Assembly: GCA_964531325.1 (NCBI GenBank)
Contig: CAZHCW010000018.1
Coordinates: 11,785 to 75,784, forward strand
Direction of reading: 5' to 3'
Length of the DNA: 64,000 bases
Source: an uncultured Ignavibacteriaceae bacterium
Lineage (GTDB): Bacteria > Bacteroidota > Ignavibacteria > Ignavibacteriales > Ignavibacteriaceae
The position numbers were made by a program, and so were the translations under genes. Under the pieces are notes generated by a model, which had not been told where the DNA came from, ran no database searches, and saw only the letters and a program-made list of their open reading frames with translations. Below, in pieces: positions 56,842 through 64,000 of the stretch. Each line of letters starts with the position of its first letter. Positions within the stretch are counted from its first letter, which is position 1.

Positions 56842-57226
56842 AGAATTTCCTCACACAAAGTTTGTGTTGATGGATCAAAAAAGGAAGATTTAGAATGAAA
56901 AGTTTGTGGAAGGTACAAAAAAGTTGGATATCCCAAATTAAAAGCGGAACTAATGATAAGAGAAGACAGGAAGTTACAAACTGACAGATCAGTTTCTATT
57001 TCTCTTGTTTGAGAAAAGGAGACTTCTCTACAAGTTACAGGATTATAAAAGCTACAAACGACATTCCACCAAAGCATCATGCCCTCATAGGCTCCGAAAT
57101 CAACGATTTATGGAGTCAACTATTAAAAAATATTGTTTCCGGGTATTAAAGTATGAATATTCAATTTATTAAACAAATTTAAAAATGCTTTTTTAAGAAA
57201 ATTTTTTGGGTGTTGAAAAAAAGAGT

Positions 57227-57324
57227 CAACAAATGCTACGAATATTTATCCCGCTCTGCGGGAATTGGTCAAGGTAAGTGTGTCATCGATTGCTACGAAT
57301 ATATATCCCGCTCTGCGGGAACTT
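57227..57324 (+). repeat. Repeat family B, two tandem ~54-bp units
   Basis: gtcaacaaatgctacgaatatttatcccgctctgcgggaattgg is followed by gtgtgtcatcgattgctacgaatatatatcccgctctgcgggaactt. This matches 20587..20636. Confidence 0.85.
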
Positions 57325-57339
57325 TTGTAACTTTTTTAT

Positions 57340-57485
57340 AAAAAACATCCGTGAAAATCTGTGTTAAATCTCCCAAAGGGATGCCTTCGGCATGTGTCAT
57401 CCGTGGAACTATTCCTCTTACGGTTGATCACTCAACTGACGGCAATCGGGACGATTACCACTCCTCACACTCACGCTAAAAATTT
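57340..57485 (+). repeat. Dispersed intergenic repeat, family A
   Basis: catccgtg, aatctgtg, catccgtggaactattcctc and the 45-bp module gacggcaatcgggacgattaccactcctcacact shared with 9733. Confidence 0.8.
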
Positions 57486-57591
57486 GTTCGACAATTATGC
57501 ACCCAATTTTAATTCCCGAAACCACAATCAATAATTTTGCAGGTGAGCTATTTTTCATAAATTGTACACTTTAAAATTCTGAATTGAGATA

Positions 57592-58101
57592 ATGGAAAAA
57601 TTTGTAAGATTTAATGATAAACTACAAGAAATAGCCGGTACAACAGCATCGGTGCTTTCGTTGATTTTGGTGTTGCTTGTCTCGGCGGATGTTGCAGGAA
57701 GATATCTTTTTAATACAGGCAGTGTTGCGGCCCAGGAACTTGAATGGCATATTTTTGCAGTCATATTTCTCCTTGCAGCAGGTTACACAATGAAACACGA
57801 TGAACATGTAAAGGTGGATGTGCTTTACACAAAATTTTCACCAAAGAGGAAACTTTTGACCAATATCTTTGGCACCATTTTTATGCTTTTCCCCTTTTGT
57901 CTTTTTATCATCTATTATTCAATCGAATTTTTTCTTGCCTCACTTGATATGCACGAATCTTCACCTGATCCGGGAGGTCTGCCTGCCCGTTATCTACTAA
58001 AATTGATGATCCCAATTGGATTTACCCTCTTGCTCTTGCAAGGGATTTCTTTCCTTTATAACACAATTCAAGAATACAAAAAATTGAAAGAGAGTGTATA
58101 A
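57592..58101 (+). CDS. TRAP transporter small permease (DctQ-type)
   Basis: 169 aa with four transmembrane segments. The motif GRYLFNTGSVAAQELEWHIFA...HVKVDVLY is present. It overlaps the large-subunit start (TAATG). Confidence 0.85.
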   Translation: MEKFVRFNDKLQEIAGTTASVLSLILVLLVSADVAGRYLFNTGSVAAQELEWHIFAVIFLLAAGYTMKHDEHVKVDVLYTKFSPKRKLLTNIFGTIFMLFPFCLFIIYYSIEFFLASLDMHESSPDPGGLPARYLLKLMIPIGFTLLLLQGISFLYNTIQEYKKLKESV

Positions 58102-59399
58102 TGGAAGAATTTGTACCTCTGATATTTTTTGCAGTAATAATCATCTCTCTACTGATGGGTTATCCTGTGGCATTCACCCTTGGTGGAGTCTCAATAATTT
58201 TTGGTACACTGATGCTTGGACCGGAATTTCTCTCTCTGCTCCCCCTGAGAATCTGGGGAGTGATGTCGAATTTTGTCCTGATTGCAGTACCACTTTTTGT
58301 TTTTATGGGCGTGATGTTTGAAAAATCGGGAATCGCCGAGGAGTTATTGGAAACTATGGCTCTTATATTCGGGAAATTTCGAGGGGGACTTGCAATTGGA
58401 GTACTGCTTGTTGGGGCGCTTCTTGGTGCATCCACTGGAATCGTTGGTGCAACAGTTGTAACAATGGGTGTTCTTTCACTCCCCGTTATGCTCAAAAGAG
58501 GTTGTTCCCCTCAGGATTCCTGTGGAATTATTGGTGCATCAGGAACATTGGGACAGATAATTCCACCAAGCCTTATTCTTGTACTTCTCGGAAGTGTTGT
58601 TAACCTGCCCGTCGGTGACCTCTTCATGGCAGCAGTAATTCCGGGTTTCATCCTGGTATTTTTATTTTTCCTCTGGATTGTGATTTTGAATTTTATCAAA
58701 CCCTCTGCGTTCCCTCCAATGCCTGAGGCGGAACTTGTGGAATTCAGAAAAGGGAGAATGAAAAAGATTTTTACTGCGTTTTTTCTCCCCGGTATCCTGG
58801 TTTTTCTTGTGCTCGGTACTATTTTTCTTGGACTGGCATCCCCCACAGAAGCTGCAGGAATAGGGGCACTTGGTGCAATTGGTTTAGCGGCACTTCGGAA
58901 AAACCTGAATATGGAAAACCTGAAGTATGTGATGAAAAAAACAGTGACCATTACAACGATGGCTTTAATCATCCTTGTGGGTGCCACTGCTTTTTCACTG
59001 GTTTTTAGAGAACTTGAAGGAGATGTTATCCTTACTGACATCATAATGGCTTCAGAAATTTCGCCCGGAATTTTCCTTTTCCTTGTAATGTTGATAATTT
59101 TCTTTGCAGGATTTCTGATCGATTTTATCGAGATAATTTTTATAATCGTGCCGATCGTTGATCCAATTTTCCGCCATTTTGGAATGGATATGATGTGGAT
59201 AGCAATCCTGATTGCAATGAATCTTCAAACCTCATTCCTGACACCACCATTTGGTTTTACCCTCTTTTATTTAAAAGGAGTGGCACCACCGGAGGTAAGA
59301 ACCCTTGATATGTATAAAGGAATGATCCCTTATATCATCATTCAGCTTCTTGCGTTGACTCTTGTTGTGACTTTCCCCGGGATTGTAAGATTACTTTAA
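58101..59399 (+). CDS. TRAP transporter large permease (DctM-type)
   Basis: 432 aa and polytopic, with typical DctM segments (GYPVAFTLGG, PLFVFMG, IPPS, FGFTLFYLKGVAP). No DctP-type binding-protein gene is adjacent. Confidence 0.92.
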   Translation: MEEFVPLIFFAVIIISLLMGYPVAFTLGGVSIIFGTLMLGPEFLSLLPLRIWGVMSNFVLIAVPLFVFMGVMFEKSGIAEELLETMALIFGKFRGGLAIGVLLVGALLGASTGIVGATVVTMGVLSLPVMLKRGCSPQDSCGIIGASGTLGQIIPPSLILVLLGSVVNLPVGDLFMAAVIPGFILVFLFFLWIVILNFIKPSAFPPMPEAELVEFRKGRMKKIFTAFFLPGILVFLVLGTIFLGLASPTEAAGIGALGAIGLAALRKNLNMENLKYVMKKTVTITTMALIILVGATAFSLVFRELEGDVILTDIIMASEISPGIFLFLVMLIIFFAGFLIDFIEIIFIIVPIVDPIFRHFGMDMMWIAILIAMNLQTSFLTPPFGFTLFYLKGVAPPEVRTLDMYKGMIPYIIIQLLALTLVVTFPGIVRLL

Positions 59400-59465
59400 A
59401 ATGACAAATTAATTTTCAATTCTTCTACCCATACAGCACCCCATCCGGGGCGAAGTTTGATTGAT

Positions 59466-59635
59466 TAATTATTCTCCGCGAAAATCCGTTTAATCTGCGT
59501 GTATCTGCGTCCCCTCTATCCGCGAAAATCCGTGATCAATCCGTGGCATCCGTGGAACTGTCCTTCCTCTCTGCGAAAATCCGTTTAATCTGCGTGTATC
59601 TGTTCGCCGAGGCGAATCTGCGTCCCCAAAAAATT
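59466..59635 (+). repeat. Dispersed intergenic repeat, family A: best example of the phased ATCYGYG heptamer array
   Basis: About 12 heptamers start at 59484, 59493, 59503, 59518, 59528, 59539, 59548, 59569, 59579, 59588, 59598 and 59625. Most spacings are 9-11 bp. An internal 30-bp perfect duplication joins 59478..59507 and 59573..59602. Confidence 0.85.
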
Positions 59636-59650
59636 ATCGCATTATTGCAT

Positions 59651-60589
59651 TCACAAAAACATATCCGCATCTTTATTTTTCACTTTGTAAAGGTGTGGTG
59701 CAAAAGGCTCTATATGACAGAGGACATCTGATACATTAGGATACATCTCTTTTATGGAATCCTTCACCCAATGAGCAATTTCATGGCCATCATGAACAGA
59801 AATATCACCATCCACAATTACATGCATATCGATGTAATATTCAAATCCCATTTTTCGCACAAAACATTTTTCTATATCCCTTACACCTTTTACTTTTTTT
59901 GCACAGACCTTTATCTTCTCCCTGAATTCCTCGGGGGGAGCAGTATCGAGTATCTCCCTAAGTGCGGGCATAAAAAGGGAAATGGCATTGTAAACAATTA
60001 TGAATGACGCAAAAAGAGCTGCATAATCGTCACTTTGTTCATAACCCTCTCCCCCAATCAAGGCAATCGAAATTCCGATAAATGCTGCGGCAGATGTAAT
60101 GGCATCACTTCTGTGGTGCCAGGCATCGTTTTTCACTGCCACACTCCCCAATCCCTCTCCAACTACAATTATCTTCCGGAAAAGCACTTCCTTAACAAAA
60201 ATTACAGCTACGAGCACTATAAGTGTATAAGGAGCCGGTGCATGGTGTGGAGTGATTATTTCATGAAGAGCCTGAACAATGATTACTATCGCCGCCGCCA
60301 CAAGCATCAATGCAACAAACATCCCGGCAAGTGGTTCTGCCTTTCCATGACCGTATGGGTGATCTGCATCCTTTGGACGGGAAGCATATTTAAGCCCCGC
60401 AAGTACGATGGTTGAAGTGAAAATATCTGAAAGGGATTCAATTGCATCTGCTACAAGAGCATAAGAATTACCAAGAATTCCCGCAGTTCCTTTGATTATC
60501 ACAAGGACAAACGAAACAAGTATCCCAATGAATGTGGTTTTCATCCCCTTTCGGGAAGATTTTTCCAAATTACTTATTTTTTTTGTCAT
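59651..60589 (-). CDS. Cation diffusion facilitator (CDF) family metal efflux transporter
   Basis: Six transmembrane segments with ALVADAIESLSDI and HHRSDAITS metal-site motifs, plus a C-terminal cytoplasmic domain. The ATG at 60589 shares one nucleotide with the upstream TGA (TGATG). Confidence 0.9.
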   Translation of the reverse strand: MTKKISNLEKSSRKGMKTTFIGILVSFVLVIIKGTAGILGNSYALVADAIESLSDIFTSTIVLAGLKYASRPKDADHPYGHGKAEPLAGMFVALMLVAAAIVIIVQALHEIITPHHAPAPYTLIVLVAVIFVKEVLFRKIIVVGEGLGSVAVKNDAWHHRSDAITSAAAFIGISIALIGGEGYEQSDDYAALFASFIIVYNAISLFMPALREILDTAPPEEFREKIKVCAKKVKGVRDIEKCFVRKMGFEYYIDMHVIVDGDISVHDGHEIAHWVKDSIKEMYPNVSDVLCHIEPFAPHLYKVKNKDADMFL

Positions 60590-61224
60590 CAAACCTTCTT
60601 CTCAATCAGAACCACTTTATATGCCCTGATTTGTTCTTTTTTGAAAAACATGGGCTGAATAGCCTGATTGTAGGATGTTAATATTACGATCCCAGGGATG
60701 TCTTTTGATTCCGTATAAATTTTTAATGCACCTTTCGTTTTGTCATAAAGAGCAACCACGAGATCACCATCCTTTAATTTGCCATAAAGACTAACCAATA
60801 CATAATCTCCCGGATTCACCATTGGCATCATGCTGTAACCAAATTCTTCATCAATTTTCAGATAAAAGTGGGTGTCGGGATCATACTCAAGGTTTTTAAA
60901 TTCGTTGAGTTCACTCCAGTCTTGAACATCAGCTTTACCAGCCGGAACAGTTCCCAAAACACGGAACATCTTCTCTTTTGTCGCTTTTATACCGTAAGGT
61001 TTTTCTTTCGGGTTTTTATCTGTACCAGTTAATAGCCAATCAATGTCACAGCCCATATCGGATAGTTTTATCAGAAGCTCTGAACCAGGGGAGATTTTGC
61101 CCGAAAGATAGGAATTCAGAGTCTGGGGCGACATATCAAGAGAACCGGCAAAGTCTTTTAACCTGTCAGTTTTGGAATATGCAAATTCTCTCAGCCTTTT
61201 GGCAATAAATATTTTTTCTTTCAT
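60589..61224 (-). CDS. XRE-type HTH plus S24 (LexA/CI-like) self-cleaving repressor
   Basis: N-terminal HTH FAGSLDMSPQTLNSYLSGKISPGSELLIKL. The C-terminal S24 fold has FGYSMMPMVNPGDYVLV (Ser) and ...IRAYKVV (Lys). Confidence 0.85.
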   Translation of the reverse strand: MKEKIFIAKRLREFAYSKTDRLKDFAGSLDMSPQTLNSYLSGKISPGSELLIKLSDMGCDIDWLLTGTDKNPKEKPYGIKATKEKMFRVLGTVPAGKADVQDWSELNEFKNLEYDPDTHFYLKIDEEFGYSMMPMVNPGDYVLVSLYGKLKDGDLVVALYDKTKGALKIYTESKDIPGIVILTSYNQAIQPMFFKKEQIRAYKVVLIEKKV

Positions 61225-61372
61225 TTCAATTTTAAACTTGACTTATATAAGCTTTTTATCTTAGTTTAGCAGCGTGATAAGTTAATTATTTTATTTTTTG
61301 TAAGATTAACATCTTAAATGTAACACATTTTAAACAAATAACAATATCCAAAATAGTAAAAGTGAGGAGAAT

Positions 61373-61600
61373 ATGGATACACTTCCGGGAAAGAATTTTG
61401 AAGAACTGCGAAACCTTGGTTTAATAGATGAATCAGGTTACCGCAACTTTAAGATCAAACAAAAATTTGACGAATTAAAAAATCAGGGGTTAAAAACCAG
61501 CATCATAAAGGAAATTCTTGCTGATGAGTTTTCTCTCTCCCCTGAATCAATCCACGGTATCTATTACAGAAAAAAGGAGAAATACAGGTTTGTGAATTGA
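61373..61600 (+). CDS. Small 75-aa protein divergent from the CI-like repressor (Cro/regulator-like position)
   Basis: A strong GAGGAG sequence lies 5 nt before the ATG, and a strong terminator follows the gene. No family recognised. Confidence 0.5.
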   Translation: MDTLPGKNFEELRNLGLIDESGYRNFKIKQKFDELKNQGLKTSIIKEILADEFSLSPESIHGIYYRKKEKYRFVN

Positions 61601-61611
61601 AATATGGATAA

Positions 61612-61643
61612 GGCTGCTCATCGACCTGGGCAGCTTTTTTTTT
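61612..61643 (+). terminator. Intrinsic terminator
   Basis: GCTGCTCA-tcgacc-TGGGCAGC forms an 8-bp stem with one G-U pair, followed by T9. Confidence 0.85.
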
Positions 61644-61651
61644 GACTGAAC

Positions 61652-61684
61652 AAAAAAAGAGGCAACCTCTTTCGAAGCAGCCTC
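61652..61684 (-). terminator. Intrinsic terminator with GAAA tetraloop
   Basis: The minus strand reads GAGGCTGCTTC-GAAA-GAGGTTGCCTC followed by T7. It lies downstream of the stop at 61713. Confidence 0.8.
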
Positions 61685-61712
61685 TCTCTGCGAACAATTA
61701 ATTAGTATTGAA

Positions 61713-62066
61713 CTAAACTTTTTTGACTTCTATCTTCTTTACAGGCATTGATTCTTTGTCAGAAGATGTTTTCCCTTTTTCACCTGTTACAGGGCATTCC
61801 GTTTTATCTCCTGAATAAGGACATTCACCCTTTTTCCCTGTATAGGGGCATTCAGAGCTTCCTGCTTCTTTTTTCACCTTGTTCGAAGCACCCTTTTTCC
61901 CGGTATAAGGACAAGTTGCTGTCTTCTCTCCGGTAAGATACGGACACTCTTGTTTTTTTACTTCCTTCTTAGGATCACCATTGTTACCTGCCAGTGTGGT
62001 GTGTCCCGTCCAGGAAAAACCCAAAATAAAAGCTGCAACAAAAGATGCATATACAAACAATCTCAT
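61713..62066 (-). CDS. Small exported Lys-rich protein with five tandem E/T-C-P-Y/V-x-x-G-x-K repeats
   Basis: The ATG at 62066 follows GGAGG and gives the signal/transmembrane segment MRLFVYASFVAAFILGFSW. The repeats are ECPYLTGEK, TCPYTGKKG, ECPYTGKKG, ECPYSGDKT and ECPVTGEKG. Confidence 0.6.
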   Translation of the reverse strand: MRLFVYASFVAAFILGFSWTGHTTLAGNNGDPKKEVKKQECPYLTGEKTATCPYTGKKGASNKVKKEAGSSECPYTGKKGECPYSGDKTECPVTGEKGKTSSDKESMPVKKIEVKKV

Positions 62067-62140
62067 TATAACCTCCATGCTTTATTATTACGAACCATTA
62101 TTATCAAACACAAGTTCCCAAAAGCCTCAACTCACTCAAG

Positions 62141-62300
62141 TTCTAAGGTTCTAAAGTTCTAAGGTTCTAAGGTTCTAAAGTTCTAAGGTTCTAAGGTTCT
62201 AAAGTTCTAAAGTTCTAAGGTTCTAAAGTTCTAAAGTTCTAAAGTTCTAAAGTTCTAAAGTTCTAAGGTTCTGAGCTTCCGAAGTTCCGGGGTTCCAAAT
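62141..62300. repeat. 8-bp tandem repeat (TTCTAAAG/TTCTAAGG)x~20, copy 2, inverted relative to copy 1
   Basis: Twenty head-to-tail 8-mers were counted by hand, and the last four are degenerate. TTCTAAAG is the reverse complement of a rotation of GAACTTTA at 4238..4325. Confidence 0.95.
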
Positions 62301-62312
62301 TATTTACTAATT

Positions 62313-63092
62313 TTGTCCTTTAACTTTTTTAGATTCAGCAATAAAATTGTGGACGATCTTCTTAAATATTCTCTTCTCCTCATAACAGGTTTTTTTACCG
62401 GCATACTTAATATTATGGCAGGCGGTGGCTCCATACTTACACTTCCGGCTTTAATCTACATAGGACTCGATCCAAACCTTGCCAACGGCACAAATCGTAT
62501 TTTCATTCTGATGCAAAACCTCACTGCCGTGGTGGCTTTCTCTAATGAGAAGATGAGTTATTTTAAGGAATCATTTCGACTTGCCATCTTCACAATTCCG
62601 GGAGCGATTATTGGTGCTTTTGCCGCAGTAAAAGTGGATGGAGATGTATTTGTAAAGATTTTGGGTGTGGTAACAATTATTTTATCCCTCCTGATGTTTA
62701 TCCCTGTAAAAACAGGTGAAGGATCAAACCCCGTAAAATCAAAACTTCTGCTCTATCCTCTCTTGTTTTCAATCGGTTTTTATGGCGGATTTATTCAGGC
62801 AGGTACCGGCATATTTATTATGTTTGTACTACGAAGTTTTCTTAAACTTGACCTCGTGAAAGTGAATGTACATAAAGTATTTATTGCTTTTATTTTCACC
62901 ATTCCTGCATTTTTTATCTTTGTTTACCATGGTCAAATTGATTGGATTGCAGGTTTTATTTTGGGAATTGGTTCCATTTTTGGCGCATGGTTTTCGGCAA
63001 AAGTACTTTCAAAACATGGCGAAAAAATCGTGAGAGTTGTCCTCCTTATTTCAAGTTTTCTTATTGCATTAGACCTTTTGGATGTTATCTGA
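62313..63092 (+). CDS. TauE/SafE (TSUP) family anion exporter
   Basis: 259 aa with 7-8 transmembrane segments. The motif NIMAGGGSILTLPALIYIGLDPNLANGTNRI is present. The start is uncertain: TTG at 62313 or GTG at 62349. Confidence 0.85.
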   Translation: MSFNFFRFSNKIVDDLLKYSLLLITGFFTGILNIMAGGGSILTLPALIYIGLDPNLANGTNRIFILMQNLTAVVAFSNEKMSYFKESFRLAIFTIPGAIIGAFAAVKVDGDVFVKILGVVTIILSLLMFIPVKTGEGSNPVKSKLLLYPLLFSIGFYGGFIQAGTGIFIMFVLRSFLKLDLVKVNVHKVFIAFIFTIPAFFIFVYHGQIDWIAGFILGIGSIFGAWFSAKVLSKHGEKIVRVVLLISSFLIALDLLDVI

Positions 63093-63093
63093 T

Positions 63094-64000
63094 ATGAAAT
63101 TAGCCTCAATCATTACAATTATTATCCTTTTTACCCTCACCACATTTGCACAGGTTGAAAACATTCAAATTGACAATCCGGTCTATTCTTTCCTGAAACG
63201 GATGAAAGTAAAGGGGATTATCGAAAGTATCCATGACGATGTGCCAAATATGTCGAGATCAGAGGTTAATGGACTTTTAACGCTGATAAAGGAACAGGAA
63301 GAAAAACTTTCCCCCACTGAAAAACAAAAATTAAACCGTTTTATTGAAAACTTCTCAGGGATCACCCGGGGTGAAAATGTAACGAACCTCTGGGGTGGCG
63401 TAAGTTTTGGACAAAATCTCAAAGACATCGTTTCCGATAAAATAAAATACCTTTATGCCTACAAAAATGATTTTGTTTCTCTATACGCTGAGGGGATTGG
63501 CTCACTTCAATATGGGCACCGCCTAAAACCCGATGTAAATAATTCAGCCATTTATGATGTCGGGTTTAGAGTTCAGGGCACCGTGAACGACAATTTTGGA
63601 TATATGCTCTATGTTGTGAAAGGACTTGCAACCGGAAACAGGCAGTTCTCTTTGGATGTTGATCCCCGACTCGCTTACAATTTTAAATTTGTTGAAAACA
63701 TCGAAATTGCTCCAAGTTATGATTACACCGATGGCTATTTAAAATGGAGTAGCACCCCAACTAAAGGGATGGAAGTTTTAGCACAGATCGGAAGAGAAAA
63801 AACTAAATTTTCTTTTGGCTACGGTAGTAACCTCGTGATGTCGGGCAATCACGCAAATCTTGATTTTTTAAAGTTCCAGTTTAAGTATGGTTCGGTTCGT
63901 TATACATCTTATCAAGCTTCAACTGTGGGACGATTCCAAACAATAAGGAATGACAATTATACCAAATATTTTGCTGCCAACAAATTTCAACTGCACATAC
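63094..64000 (+). CDS. Capsule-assembly Wzi-like outer-membrane protein; N-terminal part, runs off the window
   Basis: Absent from the ORF track because no stop lies in the window. The ATG at 63094 gives MKLASIITIIILFTLTTFAQVENIQIDNPVYSFLKRMKVKGIIESIHDDVPNMSRSEVNGLL..., which resembles the Wzi-family N-terminus as I remember it. Confidence 0.5.
   Translation, partial: MKLASIITIIILFTLTTFAQVENIQIDNPVYSFLKRMKVKGIIESIHDDVPNMSRSEVNGLLTLIKEQEEKLSPTEKQKLNRFIENFSGITRGENVTNLWGGVSFGQNLKDIVSDKIKYLYAYKNDFVSLYAEGIGSLQYGHRLKPDVNNSAIYDVGFRVQGTVNDNFGYMLYVVKGLATGNRQFSLDVDPRLAYNFKFVENIEIAPSYDYTDGYLKWSSTPTKGMEVLAQIGREKTKFSFGYGSNLVMSGNHANLDFLKFQFKYGSVRYTSYQASTVGRFQTIRNDNYTKYFAANKFQLHI

Noticed and set aside
56829-57080. 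83-aa ORF in the 750-bp gap upstream of the TRAP genes.
   Set aside because: It overlaps the start of the FG-GAP gene. It has no ribosome-binding site or recognisable motifs and sits in repeat-rich non-coding DNA.
59466-59635. DnaA-box cluster or replication origin, suggested by the phased ATCCGTG/ATCTGCG words.
   Set aside because: The words differ from the TTATCCACA consensus in the critical last three positions. No dnaA, dnaN or AT-rich unwinding element is adjacent. The same arrays occur at six or more scattered loci.
1-64000. tRNA, rRNA, tmRNA or RNase P genes in the intergenic regions.
   Set aside because: Scanning the gaps by eye showed no GGTTCGAATCC-type T-arm with an acceptor stem, and no rRNA-like conserved blocks. 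This is a visual check only; tRNAscan-SE or Infernal should confirm it.

Overview
AT-rich chromosomal window from a bacterium with a type IX secretion system (T9SS). It is probably an Ignavibacteria-like member of the FCB group. That placement is inferred from nine proteins ending in Por-type or FlgD-like C-terminal sorting domains, many with the NYPNPFNPST motif. Housekeeping and regulatory genes are present: two tandem DtxR-family regulators, lepA-lepB, an S8 peptidase, a sigma-54 response regulator, TRAP permeases, a CDF transporter and a TauE/SafE exporter. They are interleaved with a ~24-kb minus-strand glycan-utilisation supercluster at 20.7-44.6 kb. That cluster holds a GH94 phosphorylase, two GH144-like proteins, GH2, an ABC sugar importer, a LacI regulator, a TonB-dependent receptor, a giant sorting-domain protein, a PorV-like barrel and CBM9-like surface proteins. 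A divergent discoidin/GH15-like gene sits next to it. The observations most worth follow-up are these. (1) A ~4.1-kb secreted beta-helix/T9SS gene (51145..55212) is split into five same-frame pieces by four in-frame stops (2 TGA, 2 TAG) with no frameshift. (2) A self-contained sigma-54 circuit has a divergent activator, a 15-bp palindrome, a consensus TGGCAC-N5-TTGCA promoter and a T9SS repeat protein. (3) A TonB receptor, a 1,081-aa cargo protein and a PorV-like barrel form one terminator-bounded trio. (4) An intact but orphan terminase pair sits between intrinsic terminators. (5) A single-gene AAA ATPase cassette is flanked by ~57-bp direct repeats. (6) An exported WD40-caspase fusion is encoded at 9935..13585. 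(7) Several non-coding repeat families occur: phased ATCYGYG heptamer arrays at six or more intergenic loci, one of them with MITE-like inverted ends; an 8-bp microsatellite at two loci in opposite orientation; and ~54-bp tandem repeats. I found no rRNA, tRNA, CRISPR array or cas genes. All family assignments rest on motif recognition by eye and need HMM or BLAST confirmation.
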